Shown piece by piece: positions 33,632 through 47,598 of a DNA stretch of 64,000 bases. The position numbers were made by a program, and so were the translations under genes. A model generated the notes under the pieces. The model saw only the letters and a program-made list of their open reading frames with translations. It searched no databases and had not been told where the DNA came from. Source of the stretch: Geosiphon pyriformis uo1 (lineage: Eukaryota; Fungi; Glomeromycota); assembly GCA_016748015.1 (NCBI GenBank), contig JAAOMT010000647.1, forward strand, positions 66,880 through 130,879. The letters run 5' to 3'. Numbering within the stretch: position 1 is the stretch's first letter; each line of letters starts with the position of its first letter.

Positions 33632-34554
33632 TTATGCGACTGTGATATTCTCGTGATCTGAGGTTTGTTTGACCATCTCCTCTTTTTCATGACAACTATT
33701 AGCATATGAAGCAATAACCAAAGAGAAATAAACCTAAGAAAGGATGAAAATAGGGGTTTAAAGTTATTTTTAACCAATTTTTTTTTTAAATATTATTACC
33801 TTTAATACTCTATTTACTTACCAGCAATAGTGTTGTTAAAATTGTAAAAACAATATAAGCTGATAGCCCTGCAAGGGAACTATAAATGCAATCATCGGAT
33901 AAACGATTACAGAGGATCACTGCAAAAATTCCAATAATTAAATCGATTACAATGTTTAGGTAGGTAAATGTAACATATGGGCGGAGGAGGCGGTGGGTAT
34001 TCTAAAAAAGAGGTTCAAAGGTTAGAAAGTTAAGCGTTATTAGTCAAATAAAATATTAAAATAATTATCTTTAGTAGTGGAAGATATTTTTGTAAACATA
34101 CCGTAAAACAGATAACGAATAAACCATAGAGAAATCCAAGAGAGCTTATACCATGAAAAATACCAGAAATTAGAGATAAATCCGCATTAAGATTTTCTAC
34201 TAAAAAAGTAAAAATAATTTTTATTAAAAAAAACTATAAAATAATAAAGACTTTAAAAATAAATATATATATATTAAATTCTCACAATTAGTTGATGTTT
34301 TATTCCGATTAGCAAAAAAACCAATAAATCCTAAAATTCCAAAAGTAAAGCTATACATCTAATAAATATTTAATAAAATTTATTATTTTATAATAATTAA
34401 TGTTAAAATAATGTTAAGGAAATTATAAAAGATTATTATAATATACCATCATGAACAAACTAATAAGCACCACACCCGATTTCAAATTGATGCAACAGCA
34501 ACAAGTCGACATACTAGGTTTAGTAACAGGTGAAGTGCCAAATGGCCTATTCAT
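33632..34554 (-). CDS. Four-transmembrane small membrane protein (LAPTM/tetraspan-like), 186 aa, 5 exons
   Basis: Exons 34554-34447, 34358-34286, 34199-34102, 34001-33822, 33733-33632 splice in frame with GT-AG ends: MNRPFGTSPVTKPSMSTCCCCINLKSGVVLISLFMM...LLRPYVTFTYLNIVIDLIIGIFAVILC...VYFSLVIASYANSCHEKEE. Not recovered by the ORF track. Confidence 0.82.
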
Positions 34555-34670
34555 TTTTGCTTTTTTAAAATTAGTCTTAGATTTTGAAGGGCAAAAAATG
34601 ATATTTTTTAAAAATATAATTTTTGAGTGAAAGTTAGTTTGCTTTTTATATATTTTTGTTTGTTTGTTTG

Positions 34671-34672
34671 TT

Positions 34673-34730
<58 letters not shown>
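34671..34730. repeat. (TTTC)n microsatellite preceded by (TTTG)n, upstream of the four-TM gene
   Basis: Perfect tetranucleotide run. Confidence 0.9.
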
Positions 34731-34732
<2 letters not shown>

Positions 34733-35942
34733 TTTAACTAAAATTTTCTAATTTCGGATTTTTCATTTTGGTAAAATTTTCAGTAACTTAAACTCCTATC
34801 ATAATTTGTTTTGTTAATATTGATTTTTAGTTTGAAAATGATTATAATTGCCAATGATAACTCATAAAAATCCAAAAATAAAGTGAATTTAATAAAAAAC
34901 TGTATTGACTATATGATCTTTACAATTTATTTCTTTTTAAATATTCAAATATTTTTGGATAAAAAAAACATGGTATAGCGAGTTGAAAATATGTGTTTAT
35001 TCATTAAAATGGTTTTTCCGTTTATAATAACAATTTTTTCTTGGCTATATTAGCTATTTATTACCCTTATTTTTCTTGGCTTCATTAGCTAACTATTACC
35101 CTTACAAAATAGATAAACCATAAAAGAAGAAACATTAATATATTACGTATTTTTAACACGTCAAAATAATTTTCTTTTTTTTTTAAAAAAAAAAAGAAGG
35201 ATAAAAAAAGATTATTATTCTATATTTGCTACCATTGAATGAAACCCCACCTATTTATTTCTATTATAAAATGAAAACAAATAAAAAAAAAAAATAGTTC
35301 ATTACCTCTAGGCTATCCTGATTGAATGATGTTGAGTAGAATTTTTTTCTTTAACTGATTAAACTTATTCCTGACTGCTAGAGTGCTATTAATCCAATAA
35401 GTTAGCGGAGATCTTATTAAGGGTAATTTTGGTTGACAAGGCTAAGATCTTATTCTAGGGTTCTTTGTGGGTCAATTTATTGATAAAAAATTCTAATTGA
35501 AAATTGAGGGTGAATTAAGAGGACATAGGGGATAAAGTCAGCGACGTGAAAAGAGGCCATTAAAGTTCCAGAGATTTTATTAATCACATAATTTGAACCA
35601 ACTCATTTTGAAGTGATATCCTTAAGCTGAATTAAAAAAATTTGCGAAATATTTGTTTTGGATTAAATGTATTCAAAAATATTTTAAGCTCTAAAATTAT
35701 ATGTAAAATCTTTAAATACAGACCATAATTTAAATTAACAAAAGTTTTTATTCAAGAAATTTTACTTTTAAAGAGCTTAATTTAATATTTAAATATAAAT
35801 CTCATCAAAATTTGAACATTTTATAATTAAATACCATTATCATATAAAACTAATAAGTTTACAACAATATTTTTATAAGAAACTTTTGTTTTTTTTTTGA
35901 TCTAAAAATAGCTATGTCATAAAATAAAAAATGATATATATA

Positions 35943-38381
35943 CAGTTAAACCTGAGATAACCTATACTGAAATAATTTATAACCTGTGATAAGTCATAAC
36001 ATTTTGAATTTACCAATTTGGTAGTTAAAGAATTCCTATGTTTATAATCCATACCTGTGATACCCAATAACTCATAACTTTTTACTGTCAGTATGAGTTA
36101 TCTTAAGTGCTAGATTTATTTTAAATTCTGCTAATTCTGGTAAAATTGCAGTAAAGCAAACTAATATTTCCATAACTAAAAATGCTATATAATAATGTAA
36201 CATTACTTATTCAACAGAATGATTATTAATCATGTAAGTAATCAAGTCAGAGTTTCGAATTGTCCCAAGTTTTAAATTATTACTAACTTTGTGAGTAATC
36301 AAGTCAGAATTTTGAATTGTCCCAAGTTCTAAATTATCATTGATTGTATGAATAAATTGTTCCAAGTTCTAAATTATTATCAATTGTATAAATAATCAAG
36401 TCAGAGTTTTGAATTGTTTCAAGCTCTAAATTATTATCAATTATGTAAGTAATCAAATCAGAGTTTCGAATTATTCCAAGTTTTAAATTATTATCAATTG
36501 TATGAGTAATCAAGTCAGATTTTTGGATCAGTTCTATCTGATCAAAATCTTAATTGTACTTTTTCTTTGTCTTTTAATTCTATTATGTCTAATAGCAAAA
36601 AGCATGCTATTTCTTTAGCTTGTGTTCTGCAAAGTTATAAGAATGCTATATTTTATAATAAGCTTATAATGCTTAATTAATATTATGCAAATGATAAAAA
36701 CCAATCAAAAACTGCAAAGCACTTTAAAAAAAATAGTTTTCTATACATAAAACAGTCTCTAGTTTTGGCTTGAATTAAAAATGAACTAAATTTTTATTTA
36801 TAAGCAAATACAATATATAACTTGATTAACAAGTATATACACATAATATGTAATCTTAATTTTGATAAAACACTTATTATTTTTGTTTAAAAAACAGAAT
36901 TGTGTAAAATAATATTTACTAGAGATGTAATTTGAGTTATTAGTATAAAGTTTTATAATTAATTGAATATTTTAGAAAATAAGTACCAAAAACCATTTAA
37001 TAATTGACTTAAAAACTTAAAGATCATATTAAATTACATTTACTTTACTTTTATGGTAATGCATTATTAATTAATATTAAACATATTAAAGATAAGTAAT
37101 TGCATATAATAATATTTTTTGTTAATTAGAAATTATGCAATATTTTTAACATAAATAAAACTACACTATTTTATGCCATATTATCAAATTAAAGTTTTAT
37201 TACAATACTATATTATAATACCAACAATTAAAAATATAACTAATATTTGTTTTTATAATTAATATTAATATAATTAAATGTTTGTTATTACTTATTATTA
37301 GTTATAGTAAACATCTATACTGTTTTCAAAAAAAACAGAAAAGCAACTTGGTTTTCAATATTATTTAAACACTTGTGCTTAGATAACTGATAATATTTTT
37401 TAACAGTAGTTTGTTAATTAAAATTATCAACTATATAAAAAAAACCAAAACATATTGTTATTAATAAACAATTTTGCTAATTACAATTATAATATAAGAT
37501 TTATTATAAATATTTATGTAAAATAATTTTTATCTAACTTAACAGTACATATTTAGTTTATAGATATTAAAATTATTTATTGTTTTAAGACACATTACTG
37601 TTTACTATGTATTAAATCTTTTTGATAATAATACTAATAATATTTATGCAATTAACCAACTTTAAACAAGTATTTAATTTATAAAACATGAAAAAATGTT
37701 TTAAATAAAATAATCACTTATTGCTAACACAAAGTTAATATTTTTTTAATTAATACAAATAACAACTTTTAAAATAAAATTATAAACTTGGAAATAATAA
37801 CTAATTATAATTAAAAGATAATATTAAAAAAGATTAAAAATTACTACAAAGAATTTAATTATATATTGCCAAATTGTATATATTTATCAATTAAAAAGTT
37901 GGTAAATTTATCTAAAAAAACAATATAATTACTTTAAAATATCTAAATAATAATGAAATGTAAATTATATTATAACAAATTATAAAACAAAGCATAATAA
38001 CTCTAATAAAATACAAAAAATACAAAAAATAATAAGTATTAAAGATGTATTAACTATTTATACAAATTTTAAACTTATAAAACTTAAAAATAGCAAGAAA
38101 TTTTATAATACAATTAGTAAGCTTATTTATTTTAAATATATACTTCATAAAAAATACAAAATAAATAAAAACAAACAACTTTTACAAGTTTTTTTAATAT
38201 TGCATAAACTATTTAAAAAATTTTATAAAAATATGCAAATAAATTTATTTTTTAATAATATTATGTTTATTTTTATTATATATATATTTTATATATACTT
38301 AAATCTAGAAAAACTTATAATCTGTAATAATTTATAACAATTTGTATTTATTAAGAGTATAAGTTATTTCAAGTTTAACTG
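35943..38381 (+). mobile_element. pogo/Tigger-family DNA transposon, full length, extremely decayed
   Basis: TIRs CAGTTAAACCTGAGATAACCTATAC (35943) and GTATAAGTTATTTCAAGTTTAACTG (ends 38381) with TA on both sides. DDE_1 ghost motifs: IFNINKT (FNxDET) at about 37141, ILLLINNF (LLxDNF) at about 37452, and a PNLT..IQPxDxGII remnant at about 37530-37580. Confidence 0.85.
36233..36526. repeat. About 57-59-bp minisatellite (about 5 copies) inside the pogo 5' region
   Basis: Unit GTAATCAAGTCAGAGTTTCGAATTGTCCCAAGTTCTAAATTATTATCAATTGTATGA, one copy internally deleted. Confidence 0.85.
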
Positions 38382-38664
38382 TAACAATATTTTAAATATT
38401 TTTTTTTTAAATAAAATATACAAGTTTTATAATAAAAATAAAACAATATTTAAAATAAAAACATATTTAAATTTTAAATTTGTTTGTTTATAAATAATAT
38501 AAATACAATAGTTTTAATAATAATAATAATAATAAATTATAATTAAAAAGTTTAAATAAAATATTAAAAATAATATATATAAAACCAAAAAGTTATATAA
38601 TTATATTATAAAAATTTGGAATATTATAAAAAAAATTTAAATTAAGTTTTTAAATAAAATTAAA

Positions 38665-39949
38665 GTTGCAGGCTATTGCTCTGGCTCTTGAATGTATTCC
38701 TTTTTTTTGTTTGGTTAACTTGTTTTCAGACAGCCAAGCTGCTTTGGATGTATACAAAACTGAATTCTTGTTGGCTCATCCGGACTTCAAAAATCAGTGT
38801 TGGATCGAACAACGTTATATTGCTAACATTGTTCATAAAAAAAATTTAGATGTAAATTGGATTAAGATTAAGGGTCACTCAGACGTCTCGAGCAATGAAC
38901 GGGCTGATGTGTTCGCTAGGATAGCTGCTTTTTCCTCTTGGCAGCTACTCTATATGGTTAGTGAACATTTTTTGAGGGCTGGTGGCTCTGTGGTTTCTGG
39001 TAATTCAAAACATTTTGTTTGTGATGTTTTCCATTCTGTTTACCATGCACGTTGGGAGGTTGGTTCTGGTTCTAAAGTCGTGGTAAACAGGCTGTGTACT
39101 GATATTGACTGGTCCAAATCTTCTTCAGTGTGGCATCCGGACTTCCACCTAGCTACTGGTTTTACTAGTGCTCAGACTGCTGGTTTTTGGATGTATTTTA
39201 TGAAGGCTTTATACTATCGCCTTCCAGTGGCTGTGCATAAGTGTGTTTATAATAAGTGTTATTCTAGTGTTGCGTGTTTGTTCTGTGAGGATGTTAAGGT
39301 CTCAGACCATGTTTTTTCCTGCCCATCTGATGCTGCTGGTCGCGCTCACTTGGTGGACGTTCATACTTCTATTTGGAAATTGCACTCAGGTTTATCTCAG
39401 TTTTTCTCTTGTGTTTTACAGTTGCTGTCTACTCACTTCTCTGATGTTATTGTTAGTACAGCTCTGTGTAAGGGCTTTGTTTTTTGTGAGTGGTATCATG
39501 AGTCTGTTTCCATCTTCAAGGATTCTAAGGTTGCAGCCCAGAATATTGTGGCCTTTGTGCATGATTTCTGTCTTGCATTCCAGGATGATATCTGGCTAGC
39601 ACAAACTAAACACCAAGCTTTTATGAAGAAGGGTGAGTTGATTCTGCATGATGGTTCTGTTCCTGTAGCTGTATCTGGTCTTTTCTCTGTGCTTTCGGCT
39701 AGTGTTGTCAGGTTGTTAGGCATTGCTGATGCTTTTGGTGTTGGTTTTGGATATCATAGATGTTATTTGTTCTTCTCAGGTATTAGAGATAAGACTTCTG
39801 TTCATATAGGGGTGTAGTGTTATTCTGATTGGTTTGAATGGTTAGTCACGTGTAGAAAATGCATGATTTACACTTAGTTTAGATCATATATTGATGTATT
39901 GTACTAGTTTGCATTTGGACTTTACTCAATAAACGTGGTAAAAAAAAAA
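38665..39949 (+). mobile_element. 5'-truncated LINE (RNase H + CCHC end of ORF2, 3' UTR, poly-A)
   Basis: Open 383-codon frame LQAIALALEC..FSDSQAAL..KIKGHS..NERAD (RNase H) and CLFC..SDHVFSC; AATAAA at 39928, A-tail 39940-39949. Confidence 0.9.
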
Positions 39950-39972
39950 TTAAAATTAAAAAAAATAAAAAA

Positions 39973-42900
39973 CTTCTTTCTCTCCTTTGTCCCAAATTCC
40001 TAAAAAAGAGTCAAAAGTTTTTTGAAAGAAGTTTTTACAATTCAGTATAATAAATATAAACTCTTTATTCTTGACTATGAAACCACCATTGGCTGTAGTA
40101 TTGCTGTTATAAAGAAAGCTGCTTAAGTTTCTGGTTCTAGTAATGGCTTTAGACCTGTTCTTCCAAGAAAAAAAAGGAGAGGTGGTATTTTAGAAAATGG
40201 TTCTATTGGTATGGATATTGGTCCTAAAGTTCAAAATAGTCATTCATGGGATTCAGAGACTGGTAACACCACTAAGTCTAATAGTATTGACATGGAAAAG
40301 GAATGTTTGGTGCAAGAAACCAGTTTTGATTATGGTAAAAACAGTACTATTGTTGGAGAGGATTCTAATCAAACACCTACAAATTCAAAAGTCAAAACCA
40401 AAAAGACATTGAGTAAGCCATTAGGAAAGATTGATTTCTCAAGTAGTGGTGATAATGATGAGGTTTTTTCAGATGCTTTTCTGGAACTCTCTCCTCTCTT
40501 AAAGAAAATGGTCAGTGTTTCTGTTTGGAAATTCTTTGCTTTGAATATTGGGCTGGATAAAATTTCTGAGAAATCTTTTTAAGAGAAACTTTTGGTAGTC
40601 AGAAAATTATTTTCAGGTATTAATAGTTTTGGAGGTGATCTCTACTCCCTCAAAATTTGCTGGAATAATTAGAGTAACGTTCACTCCCAAATCAAGTTTG
40701 GCTCAAGCCTCAAAAAAGACTGCTGATGTAAAGATCTTAATGAATACCAATCTCAAAAAATCTGCTGTGCATTCAGATCTGGCTGTAGTATTAAAAAAAA
40801 TTCCAATTGGTACTTTTGCTGAGGCTGTATATGCTGCGCTGTCTGATTTTGGCATAATTAAGTCGATCAAGATGCAATTGATAGGGCTGTGGCAGAAAGC
40901 AGTAGTTGAATTTGAACAGATAGATTATGCTGATTTGGTTGCAACAAAATAGTCTATCCTAATTGAAAAAAATGCAATGCATATTGCTAGATCTGATATG
41001 GACAAAGAAACTTGAAACACAAGGGATGTTTACAAAGCTTTTTTGTACACTCTTCCAATGGAGACCAATGCACATGATATTTGGAATTATATCAATTCAG
41101 TAGGTGGAAGAACTTGTATCATTGACTGTCATTTGGTTTCATATGCTCAGGCCAAGTACACTGCTGTTTGTTTTGATTCTGCTAAATCATTGGATGCAGT
41201 TATGAGAACCATGCCAATGTTAAAAAATGTCAACATGTGCTGGTTTTGTCTTGTTATGGCTAAGTGTGCTAAGTGTGAGAATTCAGATCATATATCTTTA
41301 AACTATACAGTTGATGAAAAGATTTCTTCTAATAGTTCACAATGCAGAATACTTTCAAATACTGATAAAAACAGACTGGCTACTATTTATGCCAAATGCT
41401 TGGCTCTAGTTGTTCAACCAGTTGCTTTTGGTGGTGCTTTATGAGCAAGTATTGTTGGTGGGTCTTTTTCCCTCTTCTTTCTTTATATATTAGTTTGGTT
41501 AGTTCTGGTTCCTCCTCAGAAGTAAAACCTACTTTGCTGGTGTCTCTGAAATGGAATAATAGATTTGCCATTCTTAAGTGCAGTCTTGCCAGCCTTGCAG
41601 AATGTGTTGATAAGTTGGCTAAAAAGTTGAATACATCCAGACCAATGGTTTCTTAGCCTAGTCCTGAATGTTAACCATTGGTAACTCTTTTATCACAGAA
41701 TCAAGGGACAGATATAGTAATAAGTGAGAGTTTGAGTGTGATCACTAGTGGTGGAATTTTTGTAGAAATAGCAGTTTTTGATTCTTCAGTGGTCTCAAAA
41801 ATGAAAAAAACTTTGAACAATCTGTCAATCACAGTTATAGGCTTTTTAGCCAAAATGGACAATGCTGGTTTGGTTCCTGCTGTTCATCCTTCTTAATGAC
41901 TGATCTGGTATAGAAAATAGCCACGTGCAATGTTCAAGGTGTCAATATTTCTACTAAGCAAGAAGACATTATTTGTTGGCATAATAATTTGGAAAATATG
42001 GTTTTTATTATTACAGAAATAAAGTTAAGGTCTATCATTAGGCCATAGATAAAAAATAAGTTTGATGGGGTGAAGATTTTTTTTTCAGAATTGGACAAAG
42101 GTTTTCTTGGAACTGGGGTGGCAATTATTATGAACAATTTTTTGGCTTGTCATGTTTTCAAAGTTGAAGAGGTTTTTAGTCAGGTGATCTCTGTAAAACT
42201 TTTTTTTAAGGACAAGTTTTTGGTTTCGATTTTGGGTTTTTATACTGGTGCTTCTACTGGAGCAAGATTTAGTCAGGCTCTGGAAATAAATTCTTTTATT
42301 TCTAAAGCTGTTAATTCCAGTACTTTTGTGGTTTTGAGTGGTGATTTTAATAAGAATAGTTCTAAGAAAAGTGCAAGTTTCAAGTTCTGTTCAGATCTGG
42401 GTTTAATCAACTTATTTGGTGAACATTCACTGATTAAAGCTTCTACATAGAACAATTTGAGAGGCATTAAGAAAACTATTAATTATATTTTTATTAGTGG
42501 TAGTTTGTTATTAGCAGTTGCTGGCCAAAAAATTAGTTCTGTCTCTGATTACTTTGACACTGATCACAAGGCTGTTGAGGTGTCAGTCAGTCTGGATAGA
42601 TTTTTGGATGTTCGCTTAAATGGTTTGTGCAAACAAGCTAATAAGGATTGTTGAAAATTCAAGATTGCTGGGGTGGATGATTTTAGATGAGCTCGTTTTA
42701 AGGAGTGTACTTTCATCAGGTTTTCTTCTGTAGTTGATGAGTTTTTGGCTACAAGTATTAGTGAAAATTTTGATTCCATGTGGTCTTTGTTGGTAAAAGT
42801 AATGGTTGATTCAGCTGATGAAACATTTTTTAGACATTGGTTTTGTAAGGTCAAATGTTCTTTCAACAAACATTCTTCTAAGTTTTTTAAGCTAGAAATG

Positions 42901-45900
42901 TTAGTTGCTAAAGTTGTAAAGTCTTTTCAGTCTGGTAATGCTTTTAGGACAGGTTTTTTTCTTGATGCTTGGTTAATTGCTGATGAGAAAAAAGCTCTCA
43001 AGGTTTGAAACATGTTGGATAATGGTTCCAGCAGTGTGGATATTTTTAGTCATTTGTCTAAGATTAGAAAAAATTACCATTGTTTCAAGATACATGAATC
43101 TAGAGCTGCTGAAGCTGCTGCAATTAGAAGTGCCATTGATAAGAAAATGGAAAATTTTTGCTCAGACAAAGGCCACATGATCAAAAGTATTCTGAATAAA
43201 TCTTTTCACAAAGTGGTTCTTGACTATTTAGTAGTAGATAATGAACTGGTTTTGGATTCTGTTGAGATTAAATCTAAAGTAAATATGATAATGGAAGGGT
43301 GGACTAGGAAGTGTTCAGTGTCTGTGCTTTTATCTACTCTATAGATCTGTCAGTATGCTCTTTTACAACATGTAGACAATAGTGCTTTCTCTGGTGTTAT
43401 GAATGTTATTGGTTTTGATAAGTTGTTTCAGGTTGTCAAACATTTGTCAAATAGAAAGACTGCTGGTCTCAGTGGCCTTCCTAATGAATTGTGGTAATAC
43501 CATTCATAGAAGTTTGTTGGATTTCTTAATTTTGTGTCTAAGATTGAGTGTGATTCCAGTTTTGTGAAAGAGGGCATAGGTCTCAATGATACCCAAGTTT
43601 TATGATTGGGATATGTCTTAACAAACACTTGTCCTATTGCTCTGATGGAGACTGTTCACTAGATTCTCTCTAAAATTCTCTTGAATCAGATTTTTCTTGC
43701 TTGCAGCAAGTTTGGGGTTTTATGCAGAGATAATTTTTCTGTACTTAAAGGCACTTTGACACAGACTTCTATTTTTGCTATTGGCTTAGTAGTTGAAAAT
43801 ATTTTGGAAAAGAGCAGAGAGATTTGGTTGATTTTGTAGAACATATACAAAGCATATGACTCAATTGGCTGGTATTATTTGGGGACTAGTTTGTGACACA
43901 TAAAAATGTGTGATAGGTTTATTAAGTTTTTTGGGTGAATTCATAAAAATAGATTGAACCATATTATGACAGATTTTGGCCTTTTAGATGACTATTGAGT
44001 GTTTGATGTCTTAATTAAGATAAAGTGTTCTCTCTTTTTCTTTGATGAATCTTCTATGACTCTCTATTGTGTGAAGTTAAGAGGCAAGAAAGTGTGTATG
44101 ATTACTAGATTGATATCAAGTTTGTGGCCAAAACAGACAGAATATACAATGTGAATGGGATGATCTCTTTTTTTGCAGCTGGGGCTTTTGTTAATGATAC
44201 TATCTGAGTTGAGAATAGCCAGGCTGTTATACAGTTTATATTAGACATTGCCAGTGAATTTTTTTCAATTAATGATATTTCAATTAATAATAACTAAATG
44301 GTGGCTATTTCTATCAACCAGAGAGTTAAAAATGCTGTTCTCAAGATTAGTGGATTACCTATTTCGATTGCAAACATAGTGTACTTCATAGATACCTTGG
44401 TATTTTTTTGTTAACTAGTGGTTTGTTTAAGCTTAGTTTGGTTAAAGCACAGTTTAATGTCAAATTCTTTTCCAATATGGTATTGCAAAAGATTATTTCT
44501 GATAAGCAATTCTTGTACCTGGTTTCAGCTGTTCTCCAGCCCATTGTTAGTTACTGTACTTAATTTAGTTTTGTCTTTTCTGCTGTTTGTCATTGTTGGA
44601 ACACTCTGGTTAGAAGAGGCTTTAAGTCTAAGACTGGTTTATCCCAGGATTTTTTTAATAAGGTGTTTTATTATCCCTCATTATATGGTCTCAAGACATT
44701 TAATCAAATTCAAGCTGAAGGAAAGTCTGCTTCTATTGTCATTTTTTCTAATTCATCTGGAATTGTTGGTTGGCTTTTTGATTACCATTTCTTAGATTTG
44801 CAGGTTTTAGGTTGGGCCTTTCTGAATCTTTTACAACATTCAGTAAAACTGTGTGTTAATCTTTCTAACAATTTTCTGGCAAAGATGATACATGTTTTTT
44901 TAAACAACAATATTTTTATGGAGAACAATTTGCCTTGTACTTTTCTTAGTCTTGGCAGATATCCTGTTTCAAGTGTCTTAGAACCCTCTTTGTACTATGA
45001 CCAGATTCATTTTTTGAAGAGGTTTGGTGTTGCTTTCTGTAACAGACTTTTGGACAAACATGACAGGATTCTGAATTGGTAAACATTCTGGTATTAGAAA
45101 AGACTTGATCCTAAAGGATCTGTGCCTTCTTGGTTTGTTTTGGTTTCAAAGTTTTTACATGGTGTGGTTATTACATCAATGCCTTCCAGTGGTAATACTA
45201 TGTTGGATGTCAGTAACATTTTGCTTTCAAGTCAATTTTCTGATGTTAAAAGTGGTCTGCTCGAGGTTTGGTCAAATACTATTTCTGTGTTTACAGACAG
45301 TTTTTTAAAAGGGCTTGGTTCAGTTGATGTGACTGGAGGTACTATGGCATTCTTTTCTAACATTAGTTTGGGCATTGGAATTAATGTTGTTGGTCTTTTG
45401 TTATTTACAATGACTGAGTTGCAAGCTGTTGTTTTGGCACTAGAGTGTGTGCTTTCATCTTGTTTAGTAGAGATGTATTTGAACAGTCAAGCTGCTTTAG
45501 ATACATGTGTTTTGGAGTTGAAAATATGTGGTTCTGATTTTTGTAGTTGTTGTTGGATGGAAAGAAGACACATTGCTAATTTAGTTAGGTGTAAAAACAT
45601 TTTTGTAGTTTAGTATAAGATCAAAAGACACTTTAGTGTGCTGGATAATATTTGTGTGAATGTCTTAGCAAATGCTTCTGCTCATTCTTCTTTGCAGCTG
45701 CCAACTAATGTGTATGAATGTTTTCTGATGGTTAATTGCATGCCAATTTCTGGTAGTGTTTGACACTTTGTCCGAGACATTTTTAGATCTGTAAACTGTG
45801 CATACTAAGAAATTAGTCCTGGTGCTCAAGTGTTGAGTGGCTTTTCAATTCATGATGTTAATTGGGTCTTAACTGTGGCTGTGTGGCACCTGAATTTAGG

Positions 45901-47598
45901 AATACTGTCTGAATTTATGAGTAAGGCTACAGCTGGTTTGCATTCTTATTTTATGAAGACTATATATGGCAAATTGCCTATTACAGTTAGAAAAAGACTC
46001 TATGACAAGAGATATCCTGGCATTTTGTGTTTGCATTGTGGTGAGATTGAGTTTTCTGATTATGTGTTTACTTGTAACAAGAAATCTGTCTTCCACAAGA
46101 AAATTTTGTTTAAGCATGTATTATGCTGGGAGTTTTTGGCTGGGTTTTATATTTCGACTCCTTCTATGATCTTAAAATCTCTTCTCTTATGTCTATTTGA
46201 TGTTGACCTGTATGCTCTTTTTTGCAAAGACTTTGTGCTTATGAGATGGTTTGAAGAAGCTGTGTGAATATTTGAAAACCACAAAGTGGCTATCTGGGTG
46301 TTGGTTGATTTTATGCAGAGTCTAGACATATAACACCATTCTGTACTGTGGAGGTTTAGGTCTAGGTTTAAAGCTAACATGGAAAAAAACAATTTGGTCA
46401 GTGATTCAAAAGTTTTGCCCATGGTGTTAAGGGGCTCAATGAAAAGTTTATCTGATGGAGTGATCAGATTGATTAGTATTGATAATTCTTTTGGAGTCAG
46501 TTTTGGTTTTTGTAAGTCTTGTTTGTTTTTTTCTGGTTTGAATAATTTGGTTTCTGTTTATATAAGTGCATTATTATGAGAGTGTTTTCTTGGTATATTT
46601 AATTGCTGATATCTTGTTTTAATTGCAATCAGTCTCTTGTGAGTTCCTCAATTTTATGTGTGTAATAATGTCACTGTTATACTGAAAGCTTTCTCTTTAA
46701 TGTTGCAATATAAGTTATTTCTCAATTTTTGATTGTTGTGTGTGTTTATGTACTCTTTCTTAAAGGCTAAACTGAAATCTACCCACTGTTTGGGGTTTTC
46801 TTTAAGGCTATCCTTGCAATTGCCTAATGTATTTCTCTAATTTAGAAACACAGAATATTAATGGCCTTTAGCATTTTTCCTAATTCTCAAAATAAAACTT
46901 TTATCAATCAGTAACAATGTGAATAATCTTAATTAGAGATTATTTTTCCAAAGGATTCAAAAATAGAATGATAGTTTCATTCACTAGAGAGTATATGAAT
47001 TCTATTGTTAATCTCGTAATTGTGATGTTAATTCAATTTATTATTTTTATTAATTCTTTTTGAATCAGATTTTATTTAGATATTTGTTGCTTTAAGTTAA
47101 AGCTTTTTTTTTGATTCTTCATCATTAAAATTATTGTATATATATATAATTATTTTTTTACAAAATAACGTCTTATAATACTTTATTTTTGTTATTTCTA
47201 AATAGTGCTTGCTGCTTTTGTATGATAGTGCTTGCTGCTATTGTAAAATAGTGCTTGCTGCTTTTGCACAATAGTGCTTGCTGCTATTGTAAAATAGTGC
47301 TTGCTGCTTTTGCATGATAATGCTTGCTGTTATTGCACGGTAGTGCTTGATGTTATTTGTAAATTATTTCTTTTTATAAATTGTTGCTGTGCTATTTCAT
47401 GATTGGCTAATTTATATTATTTATAATTCCTATTAAATTCTTGAACTGTAACAGCGTAGTGTTGTTTTAATTAGTCCAAGTGACTAATCACATGTAGTAA
47501 GCACGTGAATTGCACCTAGCTGGAATTTATTGTTTTGACTCTGTATATTAGGTAGTAATTGGACTGTACTTGTTAAATATTTATAAAAAAAAAAAAAA
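39973..47598 (+). mobile_element. Near full-length LINE (ORF1; ORF2 APE-RT-RNase H-CCHC), degenerate
   Basis: ORF1 remnant about 40076-41896 with a decayed knuckle (CAKCENSDH). ORF2 41896-46579: KIATCNVQG, LSGDFN, DTDH (APE); CPIALME, AYDSI, GAFVNDTI (RT); VFTDS, TELQAV, NSQAAL (RNase H); CLHC. A-tail 47585-47598. Many stops. Confidence 0.92.
47201..47358. repeat. 23-bp minisatellite (about 7 copies, alternating variants) in the LINE 3' UTR
   Basis: ATAGTGCTTGCTGCTTTTGYAYR alternating with ATAGTGCTTGCTGCTATTGTAAA. Confidence 0.88.

Noticed and set aside
38656-39954. AAAATTAAA as target-site duplication of the truncated LINE
   Set aside because: Present on both sides, but such 9-mers are expected by chance in this AT-rich context.
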